This document shows, piece by piece, positions 1-9,347 of a stretch of 51,511 nucleotides of DNA. Origin of the DNA: an uncultured Desulfobacterales bacterium (GTDB lineage Bacteria > Desulfobacterota > DSM-4660 > Desulfatiglandales > HGW-15); the NCBI GenBank assembly GCA_964413125.1, contig CAYPSZ010000289.1:1-51511 (forward strand). Direction: 5' to 3'. Below the pieces are notes generated by a model, which was not told the origin of the DNA, made no database searches, and saw nothing but the letters and a program-made list of their open reading frames with translations. Each line of letters opens with the position of its first letter. Position 1 is the first letter of the stretch. Position numbers and translations under genes: made by a program.

Positions 1-237
1 TCGGAGGCCATTGTTCCCCACTATGACCACATCGCTCAGTGTGCCAGGAGCACCCTGGTCAACCACATAGATGAGACCACCTGGAAGAATGAAGGCGATT
101 TGGTGGGGTCCGGGGAAAGGGACGATATTGCCCCTGACCGTATGCGTAAGGCGCTAGAAGGAAGAACCTCTATGGAACTGGACCGGTTGATTCCCAAGGA
201 GAGGGAAGGGGCAGCACGCCACAGGTTTTCTGCCTAA
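1..237 (+). mobile_element. IS66-family transposase remnant (5'-partial, truncated)
   Basis: Frame 1 reads SEAIVPHYDHIAQCARSTLVNHIDETTWKNEGDL, matching the IS66 DDE first-Asp motif (xNxIDETxW). Similarity ends near nt 105, where LxWLW is expected, and the frame stops at TAA 235-237. Confidence 0.7.
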
Positions 238-444
238 GTCAGCAGCTTAACCTTTCTTGCTTCTATTACTCCTAAACCTAAACTCACGTGGCGTTTGTTT
301 CTTATAGCTTATCATATGTTGCACATTTAGTTGGTTCTGGAATCGCCAGTATTCTGGTGAACTGGCGCATTACATCTGAACTGGAAACGGAAGTCTGCAA
401 TATCCGAGCGTTTCCCTTCAAGTTTGATTGCCATCCATGTCTCA

Positions 445-1593
445 CTAAAATCTCCCCAAGAGTTGCCTGGCAATTGTGTTCTTTTCCATCTCCTTTGTAG
501 CCTCGTAGATTTCCACTATTTTCGCATCGCGATAGAAGCGCTCAATGTCGTATTCATTGATATAGCCATACCCTCCATGCAATTGGAGGGCATCGTCCGC
601 CACCCTGACACCCGTTTCGCCAGCCAGCCATTTAGCCATGGCAATCAGCATCGGATCAGTCTTGTTGTTATCTAGCAACCAAGCGGCTTGATAGGTCAAC
701 GCACGAGCCGCCTCAACCATCGTAGCCATCTCGGCCAACTTGAACTGAATGGCCTGAAACTTTCCTATGGGACTGCCGAATGCTTTTCTTTTTTTCACAT
801 GGGCGATGGTCTGTTCAAGAGCGCCTTGGGCCACGCCGACCCCTTGGGAGGCGGCCACCACGCGGTTCATATTGAAAAGCTCCATGATCTGGCCGAAGCC
901 TTTGCCAGGCCTTTCACCCACAAGGTTGCCGGCCGGGACCCTAACATCCCTAAAGGACAACTCAGCGGTATCGGATGCCCGAATGCCCAGCTTGCCCTTG
1001 ATTTTGGACGCCTCGAATCCAGGCCGATTGGTTTCCACCATTAAGAGCGAGTAGCGATCGTAACGCGACTCGGCCTCCGGTTCGGTCACGCAGTATACCG
1101 CTAGGTAATCGGCAATGGTACCGTTAGTGATAAAAATCTTAGAGCCGTTGATGATGTAATCATTCCCGTCCCTTTTAGCGGTAGTGTTGATTCCGAATAT
1201 GTCGCTGCCCGCATCCGGCTCGGTAACTGCGGTTCCCATGATGGCTTCCCCAGCGGGGATAGGAGGCAGGTATTTCGCCTTTTGTTCAGGTGTACCATGG
1301 TGTTGCAGGGTCTCGGCCCCAAAGGAGGTCAATAAGATGCAACCGCACCCCGGGTCCACACGCCAGAATTCCTCCATAGTCAGGCAGTATTCGAACAGAC
1401 CCAGGCCGGCGCCGCCGTTTTCTTCATTGATGAACATAGCTACGAAACCAAGTTGGCAGGCCTTACGCCAGAGCTCGCGGGGGAACTCCTCCCGCTGGTC
1501 GTACTCCTTAGCAACATCGCGGATTTCGCCCTCGGCAAACTCCCTCGCCGCCAGTTTTATATCCTTTTGCTCCTTGCTCAGTTCAAAATTCAT
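445..1593 (-). CDS. Acyl-CoA dehydrogenase
   Basis: TEPDAGSD, NGSKIFITNG, GIRASDTAEL, R-x-AFG, QLHGGYG and IYEAT motifs. ATG 1593 has SD AGAGGTG. Confidence 0.95.
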   Translation of the reverse strand: MNFELSKEQKDIKLAAREFAEGEIRDVAKEYDQREEFPRELWRKACQLGFVAMFINEENGGAGLGLFEYCLTMEEFWRVDPGCGCILLTSFGAETLQHHGTPEQKAKYLPPIPAGEAIMGTAVTEPDAGSDIFGINTTAKRDGNDYIINGSKIFITNGTIADYLAVYCVTEPEAESRYDRYSLLMVETNRPGFEASKIKGKLGIRASDTAELSFRDVRVPAGNLVGERPGKGFGQIMELFNMNRVVAASQGVGVAQGALEQTIAHVKKRKAFGSPIGKFQAIQFKLAEMATMVEAARALTYQAAWLLDNNKTDPMLIAMAKWLAGETGVRVADDALQLHGGYGYINEYDIERFYRDAKIVEIYEATKEMEKNTIARQLLGRF

Positions 1594-1727
1594 CCTCAAG
1601 CACCTCTTTCATAAATTAGCCACGAAATCCAATAAGAGGTCCCTTAATCTGGTCCTCCCCCGTAACCTGACAGAAGTGTACCCAGATCTGGTAATCTGGG
1701 CTTCCCGCCCCTCAGGGCCTAGTCATT

Positions 1728-1740
1728 GCTGAACGGTTAC
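1728..1740 (+). repeat. IS66-like right terminal inverted repeat (GCTGAACGGTTAC)
   Basis: Ends in GAACGGTTAC, like IS66 termini (GTAA...TTAC), in the same orientation as the transposase remnant at the window start. Confidence 0.4.
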
Positions 1741-2042
1741 GTCGGTGGGGGGCGGCCCCGCCCCCGGAGGCGTTCCATTCCCGCCACAAAGCCTTGACTC
1801 GCCAGGAGTGCCATTTTTATGCGTGCCTATTAATTTCGTCAATCATGGTTTCCGGCGGGGGGATGGCCGCAGTTTCCTCAAACAGAAGTACCCGCAATGA
1901 TGAAGGCCCCATTCTCATATCTGTTACGGCAACATCCAGCCCCTTATACAACAACCTTGATCCTGGTACAAAATCATAAAATTAACGCATGCTTTACATA
2001 GCATTTCATATGTTTTTTATAAGAGCATTAAGAAAGGGTGAC

Positions 2043-3572
2043 CTAATGCACTCCACGGGTGGCTCCCTCCCAATAGGGTGCTCTGAGGATATTTTTCTTG
2101 ATCTTCCCACTTGCTGTTCTCGGCAAAGCGGCACAAAACTTAACTTCCTTGGGACACTTATAGCTTGCTAGGTGCTCGCGGCAAAACTCTATAACCTCCT
2201 TTGCGCCGATATCAATGCCTTCTTTTAAGTTGACTAGGGCGATGACGCGCTCACCCCACTCTTCGTCCGGAATCCCAATTACGGCTGTTTCGTTTATCGA
2301 AGGATGTTTGTTCAACACATTTTCGACTTCGACTGGATAAACATTTTCTCCCCCGGTGACTATCATATCCTTCTTCCGGTCTTTCAAGAACAGGTAACCT
2401 TCTTCGTTCTTTACCGCAACGTCGCCCGTCTCAAACCAGCCGCCCTGCAAACTGCGGGCGGTTTCCTGCGGTGCATTCCAGTAACCGGAGGTGACGTTAT
2501 CTCCCTTGGCAATAATGTAACCGATGTAACCGGGTGGAACATCTTCGCCCCGGTCATCCACCAGCCGCAGGTGGCAGCCGTACATTTCCCTGCCGGCCGA
2601 CGACAACAATTCATGCTGGCGGTGGTCTTCCACGCGCAGGCATGAGAGCACGGAAGTTTCAGTAAGCCCGTAAATCTGGAAGAAGATATTACCGAACCGT
2701 GCTATAGCGGTTTGCAGCAGGGTCTCCGGCATCGGCGCCCCGGCATAAACCAGCAGCCGCAAAGCCCGTGTGTCGAAACTATCCTGATCCGGCAGGCGCA
2801 AGATCGCTCCTATCATTGCCGGAACAAGCAGGGTTACAGTGGCCCGGTTTTCTGCAAGTGCCTCGAGGGTTTTTCGAGGATCGAATCCTGGCAGCAAATG
2901 AACGGTGCAACCTCTTGCAACCAGGGCCATGAAGGTATGGCAGCCAGCCACATGAAAAAGCGGTGCCACCATCAATCCTATGTCATCTGGCACCAACCTC
3001 TCCTCGATCAGCAAGGTGGCCAGCGTCGATGCGGTGTTGGCGTGGGAGAGCTGCACCCCCTTGGGTTTGCCGGTCGTCCCGCTGGTGTAAAGAAGGGTTG
3101 CCAGCTCATCAGCAATCGGCTCTTCGAAATCCATCGGCATCGCCGACTGCAAAAGCGCTTGCAAGTCCGGGTCATTCCTTCCGGCCTCCGTACAGATAAC
3201 GCATTTGACAAAACCCAACCGCGGACGGATACCGTCCACCACAGCTGCAAATTCCGGGGAATAAACCAGCGCTGCGGCTTTGGCATCCTCCAGGATCTCC
3301 AGGATTTCCTGTTTGGAAAGTCGATGGTTGAGTGGAAGGACCACCATCCCACACCCCGGTACAGCAAAATGGGCTGCCGCCAACTCAAGACTGTTAAGGG
3401 TCAGGAAAGCAATCCGTTCGCCACGTTGCAGTCCCAGGCCATGCAACGCAGCACCCATCTTACTGCAATATTCCGTAAACTCACGGTAGGTTAACGCATG
3501 GGATTCAAATATTACCGCCGTTTTGTTGGGATACAGTTGGGCACTATGACGAAGAATATCAGGTATTATCAT
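2043..3572 (-). CDS. Long-chain acyl-CoA synthetase / AMP-binding ligase
   Basis: YTSGTTGKPKG, YGLTE, GWFETGD, DRKKDMIVTGGENVYP and PRTASGK motifs. Start moved to MIIPDIL (G/A-rich SD upstream). Confidence 0.93.
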   Translation of the reverse strand: MIIPDILRHSAQLYPNKTAVIFESHALTYREFTEYCSKMGAALHGLGLQRGERIAFLTLNSLELAAAHFAVPGCGMVVLPLNHRLSKQEILEILEDAKAAALVYSPEFAAVVDGIRPRLGFVKCVICTEAGRNDPDLQALLQSAMPMDFEEPIADELATLLYTSGTTGKPKGVQLSHANTASTLATLLIEERLVPDDIGLMVAPLFHVAGCHTFMALVARGCTVHLLPGFDPRKTLEALAENRATVTLLVPAMIGAILRLPDQDSFDTRALRLLVYAGAPMPETLLQTAIARFGNIFFQIYGLTETSVLSCLRVEDHRQHELLSSAGREMYGCHLRLVDDRGEDVPPGYIGYIIAKGDNVTSGYWNAPQETARSLQGGWFETGDVAVKNEEGYLFLKDRKKDMIVTGGENVYPVEVENVLNKHPSINETAVIGIPDEEWGERVIALVNLKEGIDIGAKEVIEFCREHLASYKCPKEVKFCAALPRTASGKIKKNILRAPYWEGATRGVH

Positions 3573-5136
3573 ACTGCGTTTCCCTCCCCTCCCATTCAAT
3601 AGAGTCGACAGATGCATCAGGGCACCGGCTCCAGCAGCTAGGCAGCAAACGTTTCAGCACTTTTCCAGAGGGGTTTCTCGGAAAATGGTTCACGAAAAAG
3701 ACCCGACGGGGAGCCTTGTAGACGGCCATCTTACTACGACAAAAATCGATTATATCCTGCGCTGAAGCCTCCGCCCCAGCTTTGAGAATGATATAAGCTG
3801 CGGCCAACTCCCCTTTTTCCTCATCCGGGATACCCACGACCGCGGCCTCGCTGATCGACGGATGCATATGCAAGACTTCTTCTACCTCCCGTGGGTATAT
3901 ATTGAAGCCGCCTGTCAAAAGCATGTCTTTTTTGCGATCCACAATGTGGATGTAGCCATCCCGGTCGATGCGCGCCAAGTCACCTGTGTGCAGCCAGCCG
4001 TCTTTGAGCGCCTCTGCAGTCGCCGCCGGCTGATTCAAATATCCCAACATAACATTCGGACCTTGGACCACCAACTCGCCCACCGTATTTACTCCGAGTT
4101 CTCTTCCGCCTTCGTCCACCACCCGCACGGAAACTCCCTCGACGGGTAGACCCACACTGCCGACTTTCTTCGTGCCGGCTATAGGGTTGTGTGCAACCAC
4201 AGGGCCTGCCTCTGACAGCCCATAGCCCTCGGTGATGGGGACCTGGAACCTGGCCTCAAGCGCGTGATACAAGGACTCCGGAAGCGGCGCTGCGCCGACG
4301 ATGAGCGCCCTAAGATGCGCTGTCTTCAAACGTTGTACTTCGTGATGGTTAAGCAGCTGGTGGTACATGGTGGGGACGCCCACAAATACGGTAACCGGAT
4401 GGGCCGTGAAGGCTTCCAGCACTCCTTCAATGGAAAAGCGCGGCAGCAAGACCAACGTGGCGCCCTGGCTGAAACCCGCGTTCATGACATTCGTCTGCCC
4501 GGAGGAATGAAACAGGGGCATCCCAAAGGCGATGATATCGTTTTCGGTGTATTGATATGTATGCGCTGTCGCAATCGCATTGGAATAGAGGTTCTGGTGG
4601 GTAAGCATCGCGCCTTTAGGAGACCCTGTAGTGCCTGAGGTATAGAGAACCACAGCTACATCGTCCGGGTTAGGGGTTACGCCGCGGGGGCATTGGGCGC
4701 CTTCGAGTAACGTATCGAAAGGAACGACACCTTCCGGGCTAGCGCCGACACAAAAGACTTCTTCAAGCGAGGCTAAGGCTGCCTTGGCTGCTAAAACGTT
4801 CTCAACGCAGGCTGACTGCGTGATGATGTACTTTACGTTGCTGTCGTTTCCTATGTAACTGATCTCGTCCGGCTTCATCATTACGTTTATTGGCACAACT
4901 TGCCCTCCGGCCATTAATATCCCAAAATATGCATAGACAAATTCAGGGATGTTTGGCAAAAGCAGCCCCACTCGCTCCATGGGCTCTAGACCCTTTGCCT
5001 GAAGTGCGCCACAGATACTGCGTGCCTTTCTTGCTATGTCTTCGAAGGTATCGATATTTGCTCCGAAAAGAATAGCAGGTTTTTCCGCACGCGCCTTCAA
5101 GTTGGCCTCTAGAACGTTGACAAGAATCGGCTCCAT
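3559..5136 (-). CDS. Long-chain acyl-CoA synthetase (FadD-like)
   Basis: YTSGTTGSPKG, GYGLSE, GWLHTGD, GGFNIYPREVE and PRNPSGK motifs. TGATG coupling to the upstream gene. Confidence 0.93.
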   Translation of the reverse strand: MEPILVNVLEANLKARAEKPAILFGANIDTFEDIARKARSICGALQAKGLEPMERVGLLLPNIPEFVYAYFGILMAGGQVVPINVMMKPDEISYIGNDSNVKYIITQSACVENVLAAKAALASLEEVFCVGASPEGVVPFDTLLEGAQCPRGVTPNPDDVAVVLYTSGTTGSPKGAMLTHQNLYSNAIATAHTYQYTENDIIAFGMPLFHSSGQTNVMNAGFSQGATLVLLPRFSIEGVLEAFTAHPVTVFVGVPTMYHQLLNHHEVQRLKTAHLRALIVGAAPLPESLYHALEARFQVPITEGYGLSEAGPVVAHNPIAGTKKVGSVGLPVEGVSVRVVDEGGRELGVNTVGELVVQGPNVMLGYLNQPAATAEALKDGWLHTGDLARIDRDGYIHIVDRKKDMLLTGGFNIYPREVEEVLHMHPSISEAAVVGIPDEEKGELAAAYIILKAGAEASAQDIIDFCRSKMAVYKAPRRVFFVNHFPRNPSGKVLKRLLPSCWSRCPDASVDSIEWEGRETQYDNT

Positions 5137-6359
5137 CAATACCGTCCCCCTAAGCCACGTCCTGCCGACTTCCCAGTATAGCCCGCTATGACTGATATTT
5201 GCAGGATCGGTGGCGGCCAGAATCTCGGCCCGAATTTTTCAAACAGGCTTTTCAATCGTGCCAGTACATTGTCCAGACCGATTTCATCGGCCCATGTCAG
5301 AGGGCCTTTAGGCAACCCAGCGCCTAGCATCATAGCCTGATCGATGTCTACAGCCTGGCATACACCTTCGTCGAGGCAGCGCATGGCCTCCGCAAAAACG
5401 ATTTCGGAAAGCCGCTCTTCCAGTTCAGTCTTTTCATCGATGCCGCTCAGCGGCTTGGAGGCCACCGCAAGATCCCCAGCGGCTACCGGCGGCTGCAAGG
5501 AGTGGTCCAGAAGCCCCTTACCGGCCTTCACACCGTGCCGACCCTCGACGTCAAGACGCTTAAGCAGGGACGGCACCGCAAAGCGCATACCGTAGTATCG
5601 TTCCAAGGTCTCATTGGCAGCACATACCACATCCCATCCCGCCATCTCCCCCAATGCGATCGGCCCCATGGGGAATCCAAGCCCTTGTGCGGTCTCTTCG
5701 ACTTCCTTAATGCCCACCCCGTCCTCAAGCAGCCGCATGACTTCATTCATGTAAGCCCCCATGATTCTATTCACGAGAAAGCCGGGGCAGTCCTTGACTT
5801 TGACAGGTTTTTTTCCACAGGCCCTCAAAAACCCCATGGTCTGGTCGACGATGGCCGGAGCGGTGTCAAACCCGGGGACGACCTCAACCAGCGGCATAAC
5901 TTGGGCCGGATTAAAGAAATGGGTTCCAATGAACCTATCGGGGCGTTTCATGGCCGCAGCGAGGGCCGATATGGGGAGGGCGCTGGTGTTTGAGGCAAGG
6001 ATGGTGTTATCCCCCACGACCCCTTCAAGTTGTCTTAGAACCTGTCTTTTAAGGGCTAGGTTCTCCGGCACGGCCTCGATAATCAAGCTGGCTCCGGAGA
6101 GGCTGGGAATATCAATGCCAGTCTGCAACCTCTCGAGACGAGCAGCGGCCTCCGCTTTGACTGTGCGACCCAGTTCCATATCCTTGGCAAAGGCTTTTAT
6201 CAACCGTAGTCGGAACCGCTCCGCCAGGTTGTCATCCGCCTCGACCACCCGTACCTCAAAGTCGCAAGCGAGAAAAAAACGCGCCAATCCGGTACCCATG
6301 ACGCCGCCACCCACGATGCCGATCACCTTTGACATGCTTTCCAGGTCGATTTCTTGCAC
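5136..6359 (-). CDS. 3-hydroxyacyl-CoA dehydrogenase with duplicated C-terminal domain
   Basis: GGGVMG Rossmann fold, EAVPENL, SNTS, HFFNP, GFLVNR and two C-terminal repeats (GFPMGP, GLPKGP). Probable GTG start 6359 with SD GGGGGA. Confidence 0.92.
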   Translation of the reverse strand: MQEIDLESMSKVIGIVGGGVMGTGLARFFLACDFEVRVVEADDNLAERFRLRLIKAFAKDMELGRTVKAEAAARLERLQTGIDIPSLSGASLIIEAVPENLALKRQVLRQLEGVVGDNTILASNTSALPISALAAAMKRPDRFIGTHFFNPAQVMPLVEVVPGFDTAPAIVDQTMGFLRACGKKPVKVKDCPGFLVNRIMGAYMNEVMRLLEDGVGIKEVEETAQGLGFPMGPIALGEMAGWDVVCAANETLERYYGMRFAVPSLLKRLDVEGRHGVKAGKGLLDHSLQPPVAAGDLAVASKPLSGIDEKTELEERLSEIVFAEAMRCLDEGVCQAVDIDQAMMLGAGLPKGPLTWADEIGLDNVLARLKSLFEKFGPRFWPPPILQISVIAGYTGKSAGRGLGGRY

Positions 6360-6360
6360 T

Positions 6361-7029
6361 TTATTCCCCCTGTTTATCCTCATATTTCGCTGTCTTTTTG
6401 AGCGGACGAATGATTTTGGCTCCTGCGTCCATGCCGGCCAAGGTGATCTGGCGAAAGGCCCAGGCAGCATCCCGACCATTAAGCAGGCTGGGAAACACTG
6501 CAAGCTGCAAGACTATACCGTCATGGATGGCCAGGATCGCCGCCGTCATTACATCGGCTGAAAGGTCCCGCCTGAAGCAGCCGGCAGCCTGGCCCTCCTT
6601 AATGATGTTGGCGATCAGCTTGTGCTGCTTGTCCAAAACCTCGAAGAGGATGTTCTTGTTTTCCTCCTCTGAGCGGGAAAGCTCCAGTGAAAGAGTCCTC
6701 AGGCAATGGACTAGGTCGGTATACTCCACCGCAAAACGAGCGTTGAACTTAAAGACGGCCCAAAGTTTTTCCAACGGGTGCGGCCCTGCTCGATCGACGG
6801 CCTTGACCAGACGATCGAGTAATTCGCTCCGCATGGATTGGAACACTCCGCCCAGCAACTCGGACTTGCTCTTGAAGTACCAATAAAGGGCTCCACGCGT
6901 CACGCCAGCCTCGGCCGTGATTTTATCAATCGTGGTGGCATGGTAGCCTATCTGGCCGAAAAGCCGAGTGGCGGCATCCAGCAGGGCCGATCGGGTATCC
7001 CGTCCAGCTCTGGCATTACCATCCTTCAT
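6361..7029 (-). CDS. TetR/AcrR family transcriptional regulator
   Basis: N-terminal HTH AATRLFGQIGYHATTIDKITAEAGVTRGALYWYFKSK. ATGA overlap with the hydratase gene. Confidence 0.95.
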   Translation of the reverse strand: MKDGNARAGRDTRSALLDAATRLFGQIGYHATTIDKITAEAGVTRGALYWYFKSKSELLGGVFQSMRSELLDRLVKAVDRAGPHPLEKLWAVFKFNARFAVEYTDLVHCLRTLSLELSRSEEENKNILFEVLDKQHKLIANIIKEGQAAGCFRRDLSADVMTAAILAIHDGIVLQLAVFPSLLNGRDAAWAFRQITLAGMDAGAKIIRPLKKTAKYEDKQGE

Positions 7030-7835
7030 GTATCGAGCGCCTTTCCCAATCCTCTGTGTACCGAAGGAAAGAGCGGCTTCCTTTTTTCAAAGAAGGCCGC
7101 AATACCCTCCTGGAGATCTTCACTGCCCGCCAGGCGAGATGAATGCATGCTTTCGAGGTTGAGCCCAGCAGCCAAAGGCAGGTCCAACCCCCTGATGACA
7201 CTGCGCAACAGGGCTCTCACGGCTGGCCGCGACAACGCTGCGATTTGCTCCGCTATCTGACTGGTACGTCCGGACAATTCTTTCTGCTCCACTATTTCCG
7301 TCACGAGGCCCCAGTTATGAGCCGTCTCCGCCGAAACAGGCCGGCCGGTAAGGATCATCCCAAGCGCCCGGTTACGGCCGACAATGCGCGCTAGACGCTG
7401 CGTTCCCCCGTAAGAAGGGATCGTCCCCACCTTTATTTCCGGTAGGCCGAACCGAGCCTGCGGCGTAGCCAGTACCACATGAAAGGCCAGCAGCAATTCC
7501 AGGCCACCGCCCAAACAGGGGCCGTCTACGGCGCAGACGAGAACCCCAGGCACGGACTCGAGTTCGTTCAGCAAGTCCTGAACCATTCCCGTTGTCCCGC
7601 GCGTTAGCTGCCGGGTCTCGAGCTGCGCAATCTCGGAGAGGTGCATGCCGAAGAAGAAGTTTTCCGGAGCACCGCTCAATACTACCACACCCACATCATG
7701 GCGCTGCCCCTCCCGGATGAGCCCTTCGAGAAGGCTGACATAGTCGCTGAGAGTAATCACCGGGGACCCCGCAACCTCCAGTTTAACCCAGCTAATCCCG
7801 CCGCCGCGCTCCACCACAAATCCTGTTATAGGCAT
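7026..7835 (-). CDS. Enoyl-CoA hydratase/isomerase family protein
   Basis: AVDGPCLGGGLE, FGLPE, GGTQRL and C-terminal EGIAAFFEKRKP. Start MPITG with SD GAGGAG. Confidence 0.92.
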   Translation of the reverse strand: MPITGFVVERGGGISWVKLEVAGSPVITLSDYVSLLEGLIREGQRHDVGVVVLSGAPENFFFGMHLSEIAQLETRQLTRGTTGMVQDLLNELESVPGVLVCAVDGPCLGGGLELLLAFHVVLATPQARFGLPEIKVGTIPSYGGTQRLARIVGRNRALGMILTGRPVSAETAHNWGLVTEIVEQKELSGRTSQIAEQIAALSRPAVRALLRSVIRGLDLPLAAGLNLESMHSSRLAGSEDLQEGIAAFFEKRKPLFPSVHRGLGKALDT

Positions 7836-7849
7836 ATTTGCATCTCCTC

Positions 7850-8590
7850 TCAAACAGCCTTACCATAAGTCAGGCCCGCTTCCACAAGAAAACCTAACAG
7901 TTTTCGGGCTTCCCCTTCCCGCACAATCCGTCCTCTTTCCAGAACGTAACCCCTGACCACCGCCTTAAGCGCCAGCCTAGTATTCTGTTCGACCAAGAAA
8001 ACCGTCAACGCTCTTTCTCGGATCAGTTCATCCAAGACCCTGAAAATCTCTCTTACCATCAATGGAGCCAGTCCGGTGGAAGGCTCATCCAGGAGCAGAA
8101 GCTCGGGCCGACTCATGAGCGCTCGTCCGATTGCCAGCATCTGTTGTTCACCACCAGAAAGGGTTCCTGCGGCCTGTTTCAATCGCCCCCGCAAAGCCGG
8201 GAAAAAGGCCAGCACGTGATCTACATCCTTTTTGAAATCCTTTTGTCCCATGCCACGTAGACGTAAATATGCACCCAGCCGCAGGTTGGCCAGGACACTC
8301 TGCCCGGCGAAAAGGTCTCTCGACTCGGGCACCACCGTTATGCCCAGTGCGACGCGTTTTTCGGCCGGCATACGGCTTATATCACGTCCTTTAAACAGCA
8401 TTGTGCCTGAAACAGGTGTCAGCAAGCCGCTGACGACACGAATAATAGTTGATTTTCCGCTGCCGTTCGTCCCCACAAGCGTCACGGGTTCTCCCGCGGC
8501 GACATAAAAGTTGACTCCGACCAATATGTTTATATTGCCGTAGCCGGCGTGCAGGCCTTTCACTTCCAGCAAGGGGGCCTCAATAGTCAT
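7850..8590 (-). CDS. livF: LIV-type ABC transporter ATP-binding protein (LivF-like)
   Basis: GTNGSGKS, LSGGEQQM, LLLDEPS and VEQN motifs. Confidence 0.9.
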   Translation of the reverse strand: MTIEAPLLEVKGLHAGYGNINILVGVNFYVAAGEPVTLVGTNGSGKSTIIRVVSGLLTPVSGTMLFKGRDISRMPAEKRVALGITVVPESRDLFAGQSVLANLRLGAYLRLRGMGQKDFKKDVDHVLAFFPALRGRLKQAAGTLSGGEQQMLAIGRALMSRPELLLLDEPSTGLAPLMVREIFRVLDELIRERALTVFLVEQNTRLALKAVVRGYVLERGRIVREGEARKLLGFLVEAGLTYGKAV

Positions 8591-9347
8591 TCTCGCCTCC
8601 CAAATAGGCCTCCAGCACCCTTTCGTCGCACTGGATAAACTCCGGCGTGCCCCTAGCAATCAGGCGGCCGTAGTTTAACACAATGATATCTTGACAGATT
8701 TCGACTACGAAGCGCAGATCGTGTTCTATGATCACCAACGTAATACCCTGCCCGTGGACTTTCAACAACAAATCCCGCAGATCATCACGCTCCTTTTCAT
8801 CCAGTCCAGCCGCTGGCTCGTCCAAAAGGAGGAGTTCCGGCTCGGTGGCTAGCACTCGTGCTAGTTCCATACGGCGCGCTTGTGTAATCGTGAGACGGTC
8901 CGCGGGCAACTCGGCCAAGTCGTCCAGGGCCACCAATTCGAGAGCGGCCAGAGCCATCTGGCGGTTTGTGCGCTCATCTACGCGCGCCTGTGGCAGCTTA
9001 AGCATATCGAAGATACAGTTGCTCCGTGAATAGATGTGTCTGCCCACCATTACGTTTTCCAGGACAGATAAGTTTTCAAAGACCCGCGTGGTCTGAAAGG
9101 TGCGCACTAGTCCCCGTTGGACTATCCGGTGGGTCGGGAGGTTGGTTATTCGCCCGTCCTTAAGAAAGATATCCCCCCTCGTAACCGGCTCGATACCGCT
9201 TAGGCAGTTGAACAGGGTGCTCTTCCCGGCCCCATTGGGGCCGATAAGGCCCACAATCTGATCAGATGCGATATCTAACGAGATATCCAAAAGAGCCTTG
9301 AGTCCCCCAAATTCCTTACTAAGGTTAGATACCTGCAAAAGTATCAT
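8580..9347 (-). CDS. livG: LIV-type ABC transporter ATP-binding protein (LivG-like)
   Basis: FGGLKAL, GPNGAGKS, RTFQ, LLDEPAAG, IEHD and EAYLG motifs. Confidence 0.9.
   Translation of the reverse strand: MILLQVSNLSKEFGGLKALLDISLDIASDQIVGLIGPNGAGKSTLFNCLSGIEPVTRGDIFLKDGRITNLPTHRIVQRGLVRTFQTTRVFENLSVLENVMVGRHIYSRSNCIFDMLKLPQARVDERTNRQMALAALELVALDDLAELPADRLTITQARRMELARVLATEPELLLLDEPAAGLDEKERDDLRDLLLKVHGQGITLVIIEHDLRFVVEICQDIIVLNYGRLIARGTPEFIQCDERVLEAYLGGENDY

Noticed and set aside
1817-2020. Minus-strand fragment KTYEMLCKAC/YDFVPGSRLLYKGL resembling a GntR N-terminus
   Set aside because: It needs a frameshift and the similarity covers only about 15 residues, which is too weak without a search.
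5136-7835. Split FadJ/FadB multifunctional enzyme interrupted by TetR
   Set aside because: The hydratase has a complete stand-alone crotonase C-terminus, so it is not simply half of a broken fusion.
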